DNA of 62,954 bases, counting the filler, from Deltaproteobacteria bacterium (lineage in GTDB: Bacteria > JAUYMQ01): NCBI GenBank assembly GCA_030698575.1. It is 6 parts of 6 records of this genome, joined end to end, with 100 filler letters (N's around TTAATTAATTAA, not from the genome) between each part and the next. Parts side by side here need not be neighbours in the genome. Positions count along the whole stretch, not along the records: positions 49,777 to 56,211 come from JAUYMQ010000389.1; positions 56,312 to 59,990 come from JAUYMQ010000400.1; positions 60,091 to 62,954 come from JAUYMQ010000414.1; 3 more parts are not named here. One strand, written 5' to 3'. Shown here in pieces: positions 53,263 to 62,595 of the stretch (the stretch's first letter is position 1; each line of letters begins with the position of its first letter). A program made the position numbers and the translations under genes. The notes under the pieces are model-generated. The model was not told the DNA's origin, made no database searches, and worked only from the letters and a program-made list of their open reading frames with translations.

Positions 53263-54023
53263 TCGCGCCACCCCCTGACCCATGTCCTGACGCGCAGTCG
53301 GAGCATGTCGCGCAAGGTCCAGGCGATGTCGTGGAGCTTGCCGAAGTGCGCCTTGCCCGCCTGTCGCTTCTGGAAAATGGCCGGCACCTCGCGCACGCGA
53401 AGACCGATGCGCTCCGCCCGAAGTATCAATTCGGGGGTCACGAAGGCCGGGCTGGTGGAGAGGATCGGCGCCGACTGGGCGAAGCTTCGACGGTAGAACT
53501 GCACGAAGTTCAGATCGGCCGTCCGGGGCAGAAACAGCATCCGGAGCAGCAGGTTGTTCCCCCAGGAGGTGATCCGGCGCCAGGGGGCGTGCGCGAGTTT
53601 GTCGATGCGCCGCACGGCGATCACGTCCGCCTCCGGAAAGTAGGGAAGGAAGTGCTCGATGTCCTCCGGCGCCAGCGGAAGGTCCATGCCGTCGTGGAGG
53701 ATCCATTCGCAGCGCGCCATTGCGATGCCGCGGGCCAGCGAGACGCCGTAATTCAGATTCCGCTCGTTGTGCATCACCAGCACCCGTAAGTCACCGGCCG
53801 CCACGGCCTCGGCAATCTCCCCCGTTCGGTCAGTGCTCCCGTCGTTGATGACGATGATCTCGAACTCCTCCGCGACCCGTTCGAGCGCGGCGATCCATCG
53901 CCGCATCGCCCCCTCGACGTTAGCCTCCTCGTTCAGGCCCGGCATGATCACGCTCAGGCTGAGCGGCGCGACCTTTGCTGCCGTGCCCGGCGCTCCTGTG
54001 TCCGGCTGGCTGCTTGTAGGCAT
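53259..54023 (-). CDS. GT2-family glycosyltransferase
   Basis: LSVIMPGLNEE, INDGSTDRT, NYGVSL; true start uncertain. Confidence 0.85.
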   Translation of the reverse strand: MPTSSQPDTGAPGTAAKVAPLSLSVIMPGLNEEANVEGAMRRWIAALERVAEEFEIIVINDGSTDRTGEIAEAVAAGDLRVLVMHNERNLNYGVSLARGIAMARCEWILHDGMDLPLAPEDIEHFLPYFPEADVIAVRRIDKLAHAPWRRITSWGNNLLLRMLFLPRTADLNFVQFYRRSFAQSAPILSTSPAFVTPELILRAERIGLRVREVPAIFQKRQAGKAHFGKLHDIAWTLRDMLRLRVRTWVRGWRE

Positions 54024-54669
54024 AGACGGTGTACTCGTAGAGCGGGTAGTCGTGGCGCAGCGCGACGTGCGGGCCGAGCGATTCCCGGCAGAAGGCCAGC
54101 ATGCGCGCCGGGCTCGCGTAGTAGAGGGCCGGGTCGCGGTAGTCCACCCGGTCGCTCATCAGGTTGAAGGCGATCCCGACGCGGCACATCCCGAACATCC
54201 GGCGCACCATCGCCTCGACGAAGGCGCGCCAGGCTTCCTCGGATTGTTCAAGCTTGACATGAAAGAGCCCCGAGCAGAGCAGCACATCGTACTCTTCACG
54301 GACGGGCCCTTCCAGAACGTCCCGCTGCTCGAACCGGAGATCGGGCCTGCGCCCGCGCGCCGCCTCGACCATGGCGGCTGACAGATCGCTACCGCTGTAG
54401 TCTGCGCCCCGCTCCGTGACCTCCATGAAGTCCGCGAGGTGTCCGGCTCCCGCCCCGACCTCGTGAACGCTCTGGCCGTCGAGGCTGCAGATGCCGCAGA
54501 GCAGTTCGAAGCGCAGCCGCTGCGACGCCTCGTCCTTCCAGTCCATCCCCCGGGCTGTTGCTCCGAAGCGCGCCAGCCGGGATTCGTAGTGCGCGACGAC
54601 CGTCTGCTGCAGCGCGGAGAGCGCCGCGCTTTTCTCCGGCGCCCGCCCGCCGCGCGCCCGGCGGCTCAT
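53920..54669 (-). CDS. Class I SAM-dependent methyltransferase
   Basis: VHEVGAGAG, YSGSDLS, LCSGLFH, LRHDYPLYEYT. Confidence 0.8.
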   Translation of the reverse strand: MSRRARGGRAPEKSAALSALQQTVVAHYESRLARFGATARGMDWKDEASQRLRFELLCGICSLDGQSVHEVGAGAGHLADFMEVTERGADYSGSDLSAAMVEAARGRRPDLRFEQRDVLEGPVREEYDVLLCSGLFHVKLEQSEEAWRAFVEAMVRRMFGMCRVGIAFNLMSDRVDYRDPALYYASPARMLAFCRESLGPHVALRHDYPLYEYTVYAYKQPAGHRSAGHGSKGRAAQPERDHAGPERGG

Positions 54670-55841
54670 CGGCCCTGGCCGTGGCGGGCGGACCAGGCCG
54701 CCTCGCGCGTGCTGGCTGCCGACTCACCCGAAGCGGCCGGGCCGAGCCTGTCGAAAGGCACGACATAGTGCCACGGATAGTGACGGCTTACCTCTTCCGG
54801 CGTGGCGGCCAGGATGGCCGAAGCGTCGCCCGTAACGCGAGTCAGGTAGTGATAGGGGAAGTCGGCGCTTCCCCACTGCCGCTTGAAGCGGGCCACGCCC
54901 CCGGTCGGCGGCGAAGGCTCCCAGTTGTAGTAACGCAGCCCGCGCCTCTTCGCCCAGCGGATCGTGTGCGCCGCGAGGTGATAATTGGGCGCGAGCGACG
55001 CCGCCTCCATGCGCATGGCCGGCATGAGGACGTCGATGACCTCGCCGTGATAAACGTAAAAGCCCCCCGCGATCATCTCTCCCTTTCCCGTCGCGCGCCG
55101 CACGAAAAAGAAGCGGGCCTTGTCCCGGGGCACCATCTCGGCCAAAGCGCCGGTGAACAGCGCCTTCGGAAGGGGCGTCGCGCCGATGGCATGATGGCGC
55201 TCCGCATGGATCTCGTACCAGGCCGCCACCGACTCGGGGTTCTGATCGTCGTCGACGCGAAGATCATCCGCGCCCGCGCGACGCAGATTCCGACGGACGT
55301 TCTCCGAAGCCCGGAGCGGCTCGCCGTTTCCGTCCACGTCGTTCTGAAGATCGAGCGCCTGCGTCACGTTCTCGAGAGCGTAGTCGGGGCGGAAGAGCCG
55401 GTCGTAAATCGCCCGGTCGGGGCGGAACGGGTTCGTGATGAGGCTCGCAAGCGCCGCGCCGCAGTCGCGCGCCAGAGCAACGTAGGCCTCGATGAGCGCC
55501 GCGTAGATCGCTTCGGCATCGGATCCGCCCGCGCAGGCCACCCCCCCGAGGGGGCCCGCCTGCGGTACCGATGTCAGGATGCGCCCGAGCGGGCCGTCGA
55601 AAGCGTAGGCGGGCAGCACGCCGCAAATCTCCCCCGCGCGCCGGCAGACCAGGAAGGAGGGGTCGTCCGGGCCGATCGGGGCGATCACGTTGCGCCACCC
55701 CACGGTCTGCTGCGCGAAGCTCTCCGGGCAGGCGTCGAGGAAGCGCTCGATCGCAGCATCCCCGGGCGTCGCCCTGCCACGCAGGACGCTTACCTCCAGG
55801 GGCGTGCCAGACCCCTTTTCGCGCCCTTCCGCTTCACCCAT
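54666..55841 (-). CDS. GNAT-fold FemAB-like acyltransferase
   Basis: RRNLRRA, APNYHL..IRWA..G, GVARFKRQWG. Confidence 0.75.
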   Translation of the reverse strand: MGEAEGREKGSGTPLEVSVLRGRATPGDAAIERFLDACPESFAQQTVGWRNVIAPIGPDDPSFLVCRRAGEICGVLPAYAFDGPLGRILTSVPQAGPLGGVACAGGSDAEAIYAALIEAYVALARDCGAALASLITNPFRPDRAIYDRLFRPDYALENVTQALDLQNDVDGNGEPLRASENVRRNLRRAGADDLRVDDDQNPESVAAWYEIHAERHHAIGATPLPKALFTGALAEMVPRDKARFFFVRRATGKGEMIAGGFYVYHGEVIDVLMPAMRMEAASLAPNYHLAAHTIRWAKRRGLRYYNWEPSPPTGGVARFKRQWGSADFPYHYLTRVTGDASAILAATPEEVSRHYPWHYVVPFDRLGPAASGESAASTREAAWSARHGQGR

Positions 55842-56211
55842 TTCGCAGGAACTCCCTGATGGCCTCGATGACGTAGTCGACCTGCTCGTCCCGAAGCGTG
55901 GGGTACATCGGAATCGAGAGCAGCGCTCCGCAGCTCTCGTCGGTCACCTTCATCGGCCCGGCGCGATGAGGTATCCCGGTCAGCGCCGGCTGCCGGTGCG
56001 CCGGGATCGGATAGTGGATGCCCGTGCCCACGCCTCTCGCCTCGAGATAGTCGCGCAGGACGTCGCGCCGGGCGAGGCGCAGCGGGTAGAGATGATAGAC
56101 CGGCTCGCTGTCGCCGCGTGGCTCCAGCAGGCGAACTCCGGTTCCCGCGAGTCCGTCGCCGTAGCGAGCCGCGATATCCCGGCGGCGGGCGTTGCCGGCG
56201 TCGAGCGCGGG
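55834..56211 (-). CDS. DegT-family aminotransferase C-terminal fragment
   Basis: PVYHLYP, GVGTGIHYPIPAHRQPA, LSIPMYP. Confidence 0.88.
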   Translation of the reverse strand, partial: PALDAGNARRRDIAARYGDGLAGTGVRLLEPRGDSEPVYHLYPLRLARRDVLRDYLEARGVGTGIHYPIPAHRQPALTGIPHRAGPMKVTDESCGALLSIPMYPTLRDEQVDYVIEAIREFLRNG

Positions 56212-56311
56212 NNNNNNNNNNNNNNNNNNNNNNNNNNNNNNNNNNNNNNNNNNNNTTAATTAATTAANNNNNNNNNNNNNNNNNNNNNNNNNNNNNNNNN
56301 NNNNNNNNNNN
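56212..56311. other. Artificial contig-joining spacer
   Basis: N run with TTAATTAATTAA. Confidence 0.99.
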
Positions 56312-56407
56312 GAATGGTTAGCAAATTTCACGGCCTTCCTAAGGAAGGGGATCTTCCTTGGGGGCGAATTCCCTGCATGGAGGGTGCGAAATCCCACAGA
56401 AAGCTCT

Positions 56408-57166
56408 ATGTTCCCGCGCGCGCTGAACCGCCCGGCAAGGGGCGCGCCGCTCAACCAACCACCCGGAGTCCGCCGAACGATGCAAACCGAACGAACCGCC
56501 GTGCACTTCCCCCTCACTCCCGACGAGTGCGAGCTGGCCCTCGACCATCCCGCATGGGAGGGCAATATCCGGCGGTGCCTCGACCTCCTGCTTGCCATCA
56601 CACTCTGCGCGATTGCTCTCCCTCTGTTACTCCTGATAGGCCTCCTCATCCGCATCGATTCCCAGGGGCCGGTTCTATACACGCGCATCCGGATGGGAAA
56701 GAACGGGCGACCCTTCCCCATGTACAAATTCCGCTCGATGTTCGTCGATGCCGATGAGCGCTTGCACGAATTTCTTCTGGGCGATCCGGAACTTCAGAAC
56801 GAGTACGAGCAATTCCACAAACTGCGCGAGGATCCCCGCATTACGCGCGTGGGAAAAGTCCTCCGCCGCTTCAGCCTCGACGAACTTCCACAGCTCTGGA
56901 ACGTCATCAGGGGTGATATGGCGATTGTCGGCCCGCGCCCCTACGATCCCGGAGAACGGGCGAAAATGCAGCAGGCGGGCAGGATCATTCTGGCCGTCAA
57001 GCCCGGGCTTACGGGTCTATGGCAGATCTCGGGACGCAGCCACGTGAGCTTCTATGATCGTCTCAAAATGGACTGCCGGTACGTGACAGAGCGATCCGTG
57101 ATAGAAGACCTCAGAATTCTTGCCTGCACGCTGAAGGCAGTATTATCAGGCCGGGGGGCATACTAG
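56408..57166 (+). CDS. Priming polyprenyl-phosphate sugar transferase (WbaP/WcaJ-type catalytic domain)
   Basis: [47 protein letters not shown]; start uncertain (56384/56408/56480). Confidence 0.92.
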   Translation: MFPRALNRPARGAPLNQPPGVRRTMQTERTAVHFPLTPDECELALDHPAWEGNIRRCLDLLLAITLCAIALPLLLLIGLLIRIDSQGPVLYTRIRMGKNGRPFPMYKFRSMFVDADERLHEFLLGDPELQNEYEQFHKLREDPRITRVGKVLRRFSLDELPQLWNVIRGDMAIVGPRPYDPGERAKMQQAGRIILAVKPGLTGLWQISGRSHVSFYDRLKMDCRYVTERSVIEDLRILACTLKAVLSGRGAY

Positions 57167-57260
57167 AATGAGCCCACGATGCCCGGCACGGATCTCCTGC
57201 CACCCACGGCCCACCCCCCCAAGGTAGAGGACTGCCTGGGCGACACCCCAGAGGCAGCCC

Positions 57261-59282
57261 GTGACTGAGACGATGAGCATCGTGCTGTCGCTGCTAGCAC
57301 TTGCTCTCCTCCTCCCGGCAGTCATCCTCTTCATCGAATGCTTCCTGGCGCTGTTTCCCCCGCGGAGCCGGGATATCCTGCAAGCGGATCGGCCCCCACG
57401 CGTTGCGGTTCTCATCCCTGCACACGACGAGGAGCAGATGATCGGGGCCACTGTCGCCACGATTGTTTCCCAGCTGTCGCCCGACGATCGAGTACTCGTA
57501 GTGGCGGACAATTGCGCCGACCGGACGGGCGAGCTGGCGCGAGCCGCCGGGGCGGACGTGATCTCCCGGAAGGTCGAGAGCCAGCAGGGTAAGGGATATG
57601 CGCTGGCCTTCGGCCTGCGCGCCCTGTCGCAAGACCCGCCGGAGGTGGTCGTGATGGTGGATGCGGACTGCACCGTCGGGCCAAACTCAATTCCCGGAAT
57701 GGCGGACCTGTCGATGAGACTCGGAAGACCCGTCCAGGCGCGCTACGTGATGGACATCCCCCACGAGCGTGACCCGCTCGCCGTCGTTTCGGCCTTCGCG
57801 TTCCTCGTCCGAAACGTTGTGCGGCCAAGCGGCCTCGACAGGCTGGGGCTCCCCTGCTTGTTGACGGGTTCGGGTATGGCCTTTCCCTGGCCCGTGATCG
57901 CGGCGGCGCCGATACGGGGAGAGAGCCTGGTCGAGGACATGCAGCTTGGCCTGGACCTCGCGGTGGCGGGATGCCCCCCGGCTTTCTGCGCCGCCGCCGA
58001 GGTCCGAAGCCGCCTACCGGAGCAACGCCGTGCCCAGACCGGCCAGCGACGAAGATGGGAGCACGGGCACCTCGCGGTGTGGTTGAACGAGCTTCCCAGG
58101 CTGCTTAGGGCGGCCCTCCGACAGCGACGCCCCGACCTGCTGGCGCTGGCCCTCGATCTCTCGGTGCCTCCGCTCTCCCTGCTCGTTCTGCTCGGCACCG
58201 CGGCGATGGGGGCCGCCCTGGCCGCGGGCACGTGGGGCGGTTCCTGGGTGCCGTCTGGCATCCTCGCTGCCGCGGGGCTCCTGGTCGCCGCAGCGATAGG
58301 CGCTGCCTGGACCGGCCACGCGCGGGGGCGGGTCCCGCTTTCGATGCTCCTCCTCGCGCCCTTCTACGTCCTGTGGAAAGCGCCCCTCTACGTCGAGTTC
58401 CTCTTCCGGAGACAGAAGGCCTGGGTCAGGACGGAACGAGGAACCGGCCGTGAGGCCCCGGCGCCGACGCCGGACGGTGCAAGCCCCCCTGAAATCCCCT
58501 GCATCCGGCTTCGGGGCGTGCGGATTCACGCCTTGACGCAAGCGCGCTGTGCGGAGCACGTCTTCCGGTCGCTCGAAACCGGGCAAGGGGGGTGGGTGGC
58601 GACCGTCAATGTCGACCACCTGCGGCGCATCACGCGCTCCAGCGACTTCGCTGTCCTTTGCGCGTCGGCAAGCCTCGCCGTTGCCGACGGAATGCCGCTC
58701 GTCTGGGCAAGCCGCCTCCAGGGGACCCCCCTACCCGGGCGCGTGCCGGGATCGGACCTTCTCGGATGCCTCGCGGAAGAAGCGGCGGCGCAAGGGCGGT
58801 CTGTCTTCCTGCTCGGGGGTGACCCCGGAACGGGGGAAGCGTCAGCCGAATTTCTCCGACGGCGCATCCCGCGGATCCGGATTGCGGGCACGCACTGTCC
58901 CCCACGGGGATTCGAGCAGGACGCGCGGGCCATGGCCGCACTTACCGAAGCCCTTCGTGATGCCGCGCCGGACATCGTGTTCGTGGCGCTCGGCTCGCCC
59001 AAACAGGAGGCGCTCATCGCCCGCCTCCGGGCAAGCTTCCCCCGGTGCTGGTGGCTCCCGGTCGGGATCAGCTTCAGCTTCCTCGCGGGAGAGGTGCGCA
59101 GGGCGCCGCGATGGGTCCAGCGACTGGGGTTGGAGTGGCTCCATCGCCTCGTGCAGGAGCCACGGCGCCTCGCCCGGCGCTACCTCGTCGAGGACCTCCC
59201 CTTCGCGCTACTGCTCCTCGCGGGCGCGGCGCGCCTCGGTGTGGCGAAGCGGCTCCGGGGCCACGGTATGAAAGTCTGCTGA
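57261..59282 (+). CDS. GT2 glycosyltransferase fused to a WecB/TagA/CpsF (GT26) glycosyltransferase
   Basis: VLIPAHDEE, VADNCAD, VDAD, LVED, QRRRW; then ATVNVDH, ADGMPLVW, VALGSPKQE, RAPRWVQRLGLEWLHRL. Confidence 0.9.
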   Translation: MTETMSIVLSLLALALLLPAVILFIECFLALFPPRSRDILQADRPPRVAVLIPAHDEEQMIGATVATIVSQLSPDDRVLVVADNCADRTGELARAAGADVISRKVESQQGKGYALAFGLRALSQDPPEVVVMVDADCTVGPNSIPGMADLSMRLGRPVQARYVMDIPHERDPLAVVSAFAFLVRNVVRPSGLDRLGLPCLLTGSGMAFPWPVIAAAPIRGESLVEDMQLGLDLAVAGCPPAFCAAAEVRSRLPEQRRAQTGQRRRWEHGHLAVWLNELPRLLRAALRQRRPDLLALALDLSVPPLSLLVLLGTAAMGAALAAGTWGGSWVPSGILAAAGLLVAAAIGAAWTGHARGRVPLSMLLLAPFYVLWKAPLYVEFLFRRQKAWVRTERGTGREAPAPTPDGASPPEIPCIRLRGVRIHALTQARCAEHVFRSLETGQGGWVATVNVDHLRRITRSSDFAVLCASASLAVADGMPLVWASRLQGTPLPGRVPGSDLLGCLAEEAAAQGRSVFLLGGDPGTGEASAEFLRRRIPRIRIAGTHCPPRGFEQDARAMAALTEALRDAAPDIVFVALGSPKQEALIARLRASFPRCWWLPVGISFSFLAGEVRRAPRWVQRLGLEWLHRLVQEPRRLARRYLVEDLPFALLLLAGAARLGVAKRLRGHGMKVC

Positions 59283-59340
59283 TCTCTCCAGCGCCCGGAC
59301 GCGGGGAGGCACGAAGTTTTCCGAAGAGAAGGAGACGGGA

Positions 59341-59990
59341 TTGAACACCAGATGGACGGGCCTGCTCTCGTTTCGGACGGCGGTGCTCCTGATTCTGATG
59401 CTGCTCCCGGCCTCCGCATGGGCTGCGGCCGGTGAGGCCGGTGTGCCTTCCTTCGAGGGGCCGCTCGATGTAGCCCGGGCCTACCGGCTCTACGACGCCG
59501 GACGCCTCGAGGAGGCCGAGGCCGCCTTCCTGGCACTGACCGCCGAGGATCCGACCAACCTCGACGCACAGGAGGGATTGACCTGGACCTACCTGACTCG
59601 GGGAAAACACGAGGAAGCCGCGCGGTCGGCGGATTCGCGGCTCGCGCTGGCGCCGGACGACGAGCAGTGGCGCCAGCGATGGATCGAGATCATTCACCAG
59701 CTTCCGGCGCGGCGCGAGGAAGCCATCGCCGCGGCGGAAGCACTTCTGAAGAAACGGCCGGATGACCTCGGGGCCAAGCGCTTGCGCGGACGGCTGCTCT
59801 CCTGGACGCCCGGCCGGGAGGATGAGGCGAGGGAACTCTTCGACGCGCTCATCGCCGAGAACGGCCGGGACGCGGAGGCGCTCTACGGAAGATCGGAAAT
59901 CGCTCGATGGGCAGGCGACTACGAAACGGCGAACAGACTTCTGCGGCGCGCGGCGGAAGCCGATCCCGATAATAAGAGAATTCGCGCGGC
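59341..59990 (+). CDS. Exported TPR-repeat protein, 3'-truncated
   Basis: AAGGAG RBS, signal peptide, repeated TPR-like helices. Confidence 0.75.
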
Positions 59991-60090
59991 NNNNNNNNNN
60001 NNNNNNNNNNNNNNNNNNNNNNNNNNNNNNNNNNTTAATTAATTAANNNNNNNNNNNNNNNNNNNNNNNNNNNNNNNNNNNNNNNNNNNN
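59991..60090. other. Artificial contig-joining spacer
   Basis: N run with TTAATTAATTAA. Confidence 0.99.
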
Positions 60091-60155
60091 GCCGCGCCCA
60101 GATCGCCCACCGCCTTCTGAACGAAATCCGTCAATTTCTTCTCGTCGAGCGCCAT
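60091..60155 (-). CDS. N-terminus of a probable SAM-dependent methyltransferase (Rv2258c-like), truncated
   Basis: MALDEKKLTDFVQKAVGDLGA after GGAGGG; only about 21 codons visible. Confidence 0.5.
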
Positions 60156-60246
60156 CTCTTTCCCTCCGATTTCCGAATGCCTGAAGCGGGCTCGGCGCGT
60201 CCGACCCCGCACCGTCCCGCTTGCATCATGGGGGTGAAGCGCAAGT

Positions 60247-60783
60247 TTATCGGATCTGGGAAGAGGGATAAAGGTGCGGGGCCAGGCGCCCCCGCATGAG
60301 CACGCGCGCCCTGTGCAGGCGGGCCTTCGCGGCAAGCAGCGTGAGCCCGTGACGATCGCAGAGGTCTTGCTGGCTCAGGCCGTCGCAGAGGTAGTCCCGC
60401 ATGGGGCGCCCGAGCGACGGTATCAGGCGATCGATGCTTTCCTGCAGGGCATCGAGCAGGCGGGACTGGATGAGCGCGTGCTCGGGGGTGGCGCCACGGT
60501 TGATCTGCGGGCGACAGTCGACGATTTCTCGCGAGGCGTCGGCGATGCGACGGATCGACCGGTTTTTTTTCAGAATCATGAGCGCGCTGGTCTGCGTGAT
60601 CCGGTAGATCCAGGTCCAGAGAGATGAGGCGTGGCGAAAGGACGCGTACTTCTCGTAGACGCGCATGAGCGCGTCCTGCACGGCGTCGTCGGCGTCGGCT
60701 TCATTGCGCGTGATCTGGAGTGCAAGCCGCCGCATGCGCGCAGCGTAGGTCTCGTGCATCTCCCTGAACAGATCTTCCGGCAT
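60247..60783 (-). CDS. ECF RNA polymerase sigma factor
   Basis: DADDAVQDAL, SSLWTWIYRI, AAKARLHRAR. Confidence 0.82.
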   Translation of the reverse strand: MPEDLFREMHETYAARMRRLALQITRNEADADDAVQDALMRVYEKYASFRHASSLWTWIYRITQTSALMILKKNRSIRRIADASREIVDCRPQINRGATPEHALIQSRLLDALQESIDRLIPSLGRPMRDYLCDGLSQQDLCDRHGLTLLAAKARLHRARVLMRGRLAPHLYPSSQIR

Positions 60784-60928
60784 GGGGCATTCCCGCAGGC
60801 GGGGCGCGCCGCTGGGAACGTGGATCTCGGGCTCGTCGAGGCCGAGCTGCCCTGCAACGGCCGTCTGCTGGCAGCGATAGGCCCTGGGAGCATCGCGATC
60901 GGGGGAGCGAGGGCGGCGCCGGGATCGC

Positions 60929-61834
60929 TCAGACGGCATTCGCCGCTCCCACGCGCGAGGTGGTCCAGAGTCCGGCGACCGTGCCCAGGAAACTGCCCGC
61001 GAACAGGCCGAGAACTGTGCTCGCGAGGACCAGCAGGGCCCCCTCGATCGTGAGCGGAGCCTTTTGCAGGACCAGCGCCGGCGTGATGAGGACCGCGACG
61101 ATGGCGCCCATGAGCAATGCCGCCCGGCCGGGGGCGGTCTCGATGCGCTTCCCCACGATCGCCGTGAGAAGGTACATGGGAAGGATCGCGGACATGGCGC
61201 CGAGGATGAAATAGGCGAGCGTCCCGCCGCCGACGGCGAAGAGCGGTTCGAGGAAGGGAATCGTGTGGCAGACGTCTTTCTCGCTGGAGATTGGACAAAG
61301 CGTGAAGAAGAGGAGCGCGCCCGCGTTCCCGGCAAGCGCGACAGCGGCCAGCCTACCCACGTCGACGCCGCCGATGCGCAGCCGGCGAAAAACGGCGAGG
61401 AAAGCGGCTACGTAGAGCCCTGACCAGAGCGCAACCGTGACGATGACGGAGAAGACGGGATGGGCAACCTTCTCGAGGTTCCACAGGGCGCCCGCCACCG
61501 ATATCAGCGCGAAGAGAACGCCGAGCGACACAGGAAGAAATACCTCCCGCCCCATCCGGATGCCCCCGGACGGTTCCGCGGACGCGTCTACCCGCATGGC
61601 ATCCGCGACTTGCCCGCGAACTCGTCCGTCCAGTGAGGCGGGAGGCATTTCGTCTTCCCATCGCCCGAGCAGATTCCATGCAGCGGAGAGATCCGCCAGG
61701 CGCCGGGTGCAATCCTCACAAACCGCGAGGTGGCGCCGGAGCTTGCGCTCATCTCCAGATCTGATTTCCCGGGAGAGCATCGGGGCGAATCGTTTTTCCG
61801 CTTCCTGGCACTTCGGTTTTTGGTCCATCGTCAC
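60929..61834 (-). CDS. Zinc-finger (HxxxCxxC) anti-sigma factor with multi-TM C-terminus
   Basis: C..HLAVCEDC ZAS motif; about six TM segments; overlaps the upstream sigma stop. Confidence 0.85.
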   Translation of the reverse strand: MTMDQKPKCQEAEKRFAPMLSREIRSGDERKLRRHLAVCEDCTRRLADLSAAWNLLGRWEDEMPPASLDGRVRGQVADAMRVDASAEPSGGIRMGREVFLPVSLGVLFALISVAGALWNLEKVAHPVFSVIVTVALWSGLYVAAFLAVFRRLRIGGVDVGRLAAVALAGNAGALLFFTLCPISSEKDVCHTIPFLEPLFAVGGGTLAYFILGAMSAILPMYLLTAIVGKRIETAPGRAALLMGAIVAVLITPALVLQKAPLTIEGALLVLASTVLGLFAGSFLGTVAGLWTTSRVGAANAV

Positions 61835-62403
61835 TCTTCCATCCAGGCCGAGAGCTTTTCCCTCAGCCGGGAGAGCCCCCTGAAGACCCTCAGCTTCACC
61901 GCGCCGGCGCTGACCCCGAGCACCTGGCCGATCTCCTCATGGGTGAGTCCCTCGTAGCGGCTCAGAACAATCGCCTCGCGCTGGTTCTGCGGGATCGCGT
62001 CCAGGGCGACCCGCAGGGTCAGCAGCATCCGGGCCGCCTCGACCTGCCGCTCCGGATCGCCGGAGAGATCGATGATCTCCGGGAGGCTTCCCGCTGGATC
62101 GGGGGCTTCCCGCTCGAGGGCCCGCGCCGAGGTCACGCGCCGGCGGCGCTCATCGCGCCAGAGATTCGTGGCGATCGTATAAACCCAGGGGCGGAAGGAC
62201 GCCCCCGTGCGATAGCGCCCGCGCTCCCGGTGAAGCCTGAGGAACGTGTCCTGCACCAGATCCGCGGCCGTGTGACGCTCGCCGGACAGCCGGAGCAGAT
62301 AGTTGTACAGGCGGCGTTCGTAGCGCGCATAAAGATCCCCGAACGCCTGCAGGTCGCCTCCGGCGTATCGGGCCATGAGCTGCTCATCCGTTCGGACGCG
62401 CAT
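61831..62403 (-). CDS. ECF RNA polymerase sigma factor
   Basis: TDEQLM..GDLQAFGDLY, AADLVQDTFL, FRPWVYTIA, EGLTHEEIG, AVKLRVFR. Confidence 0.92.
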   Translation of the reverse strand: MRVRTDEQLMARYAGGDLQAFGDLYARYERRLYNYLLRLSGERHTAADLVQDTFLRLHRERGRYRTGASFRPWVYTIATNLWRDERRRRVTSARALEREAPDPAGSLPEIIDLSGDPERQVEAARMLLTLRVALDAIPQNQREAIVLSRYEGLTHEEIGQVLGVSAGAVKLRVFRGLSRLREKLSAWMEE

Positions 62404-62448
62404 CCGCCTCTTGTCCGGCTGAAGGAACCCGCCCTCTCCAACAGTCAA

Positions 62449-62473
62449 TACGCGCGAGGCGGGGCCAGGTTAC
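62449..62473 (-). promoter_or_regulatory. ECF-type promoter, probably autoregulatory
   Basis: GTAAC-N16-CGTA about 45 nt upstream of the ECF sigma ATG. Confidence 0.6.
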
Positions 62474-62595
62474 GAAATCTTTTCGGCGCTAGGCTGTTTC
62501 GCCTTCGTGACCGGCTTGCCGCCCAATGGTGAATGGGGGAGGATGAAGGTCGGCGCACCGGGGGGCAGGATATCCCCCGGAGGGCAGGATCTCAC

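Noticed and set aside
60218-60246. Imperfect dyad CGCTTGCATC..GGTGAAGCG as a MerR-type operator
   Set aside because: No -10 element at the required spacing; may just be a hairpin after the sigma gene
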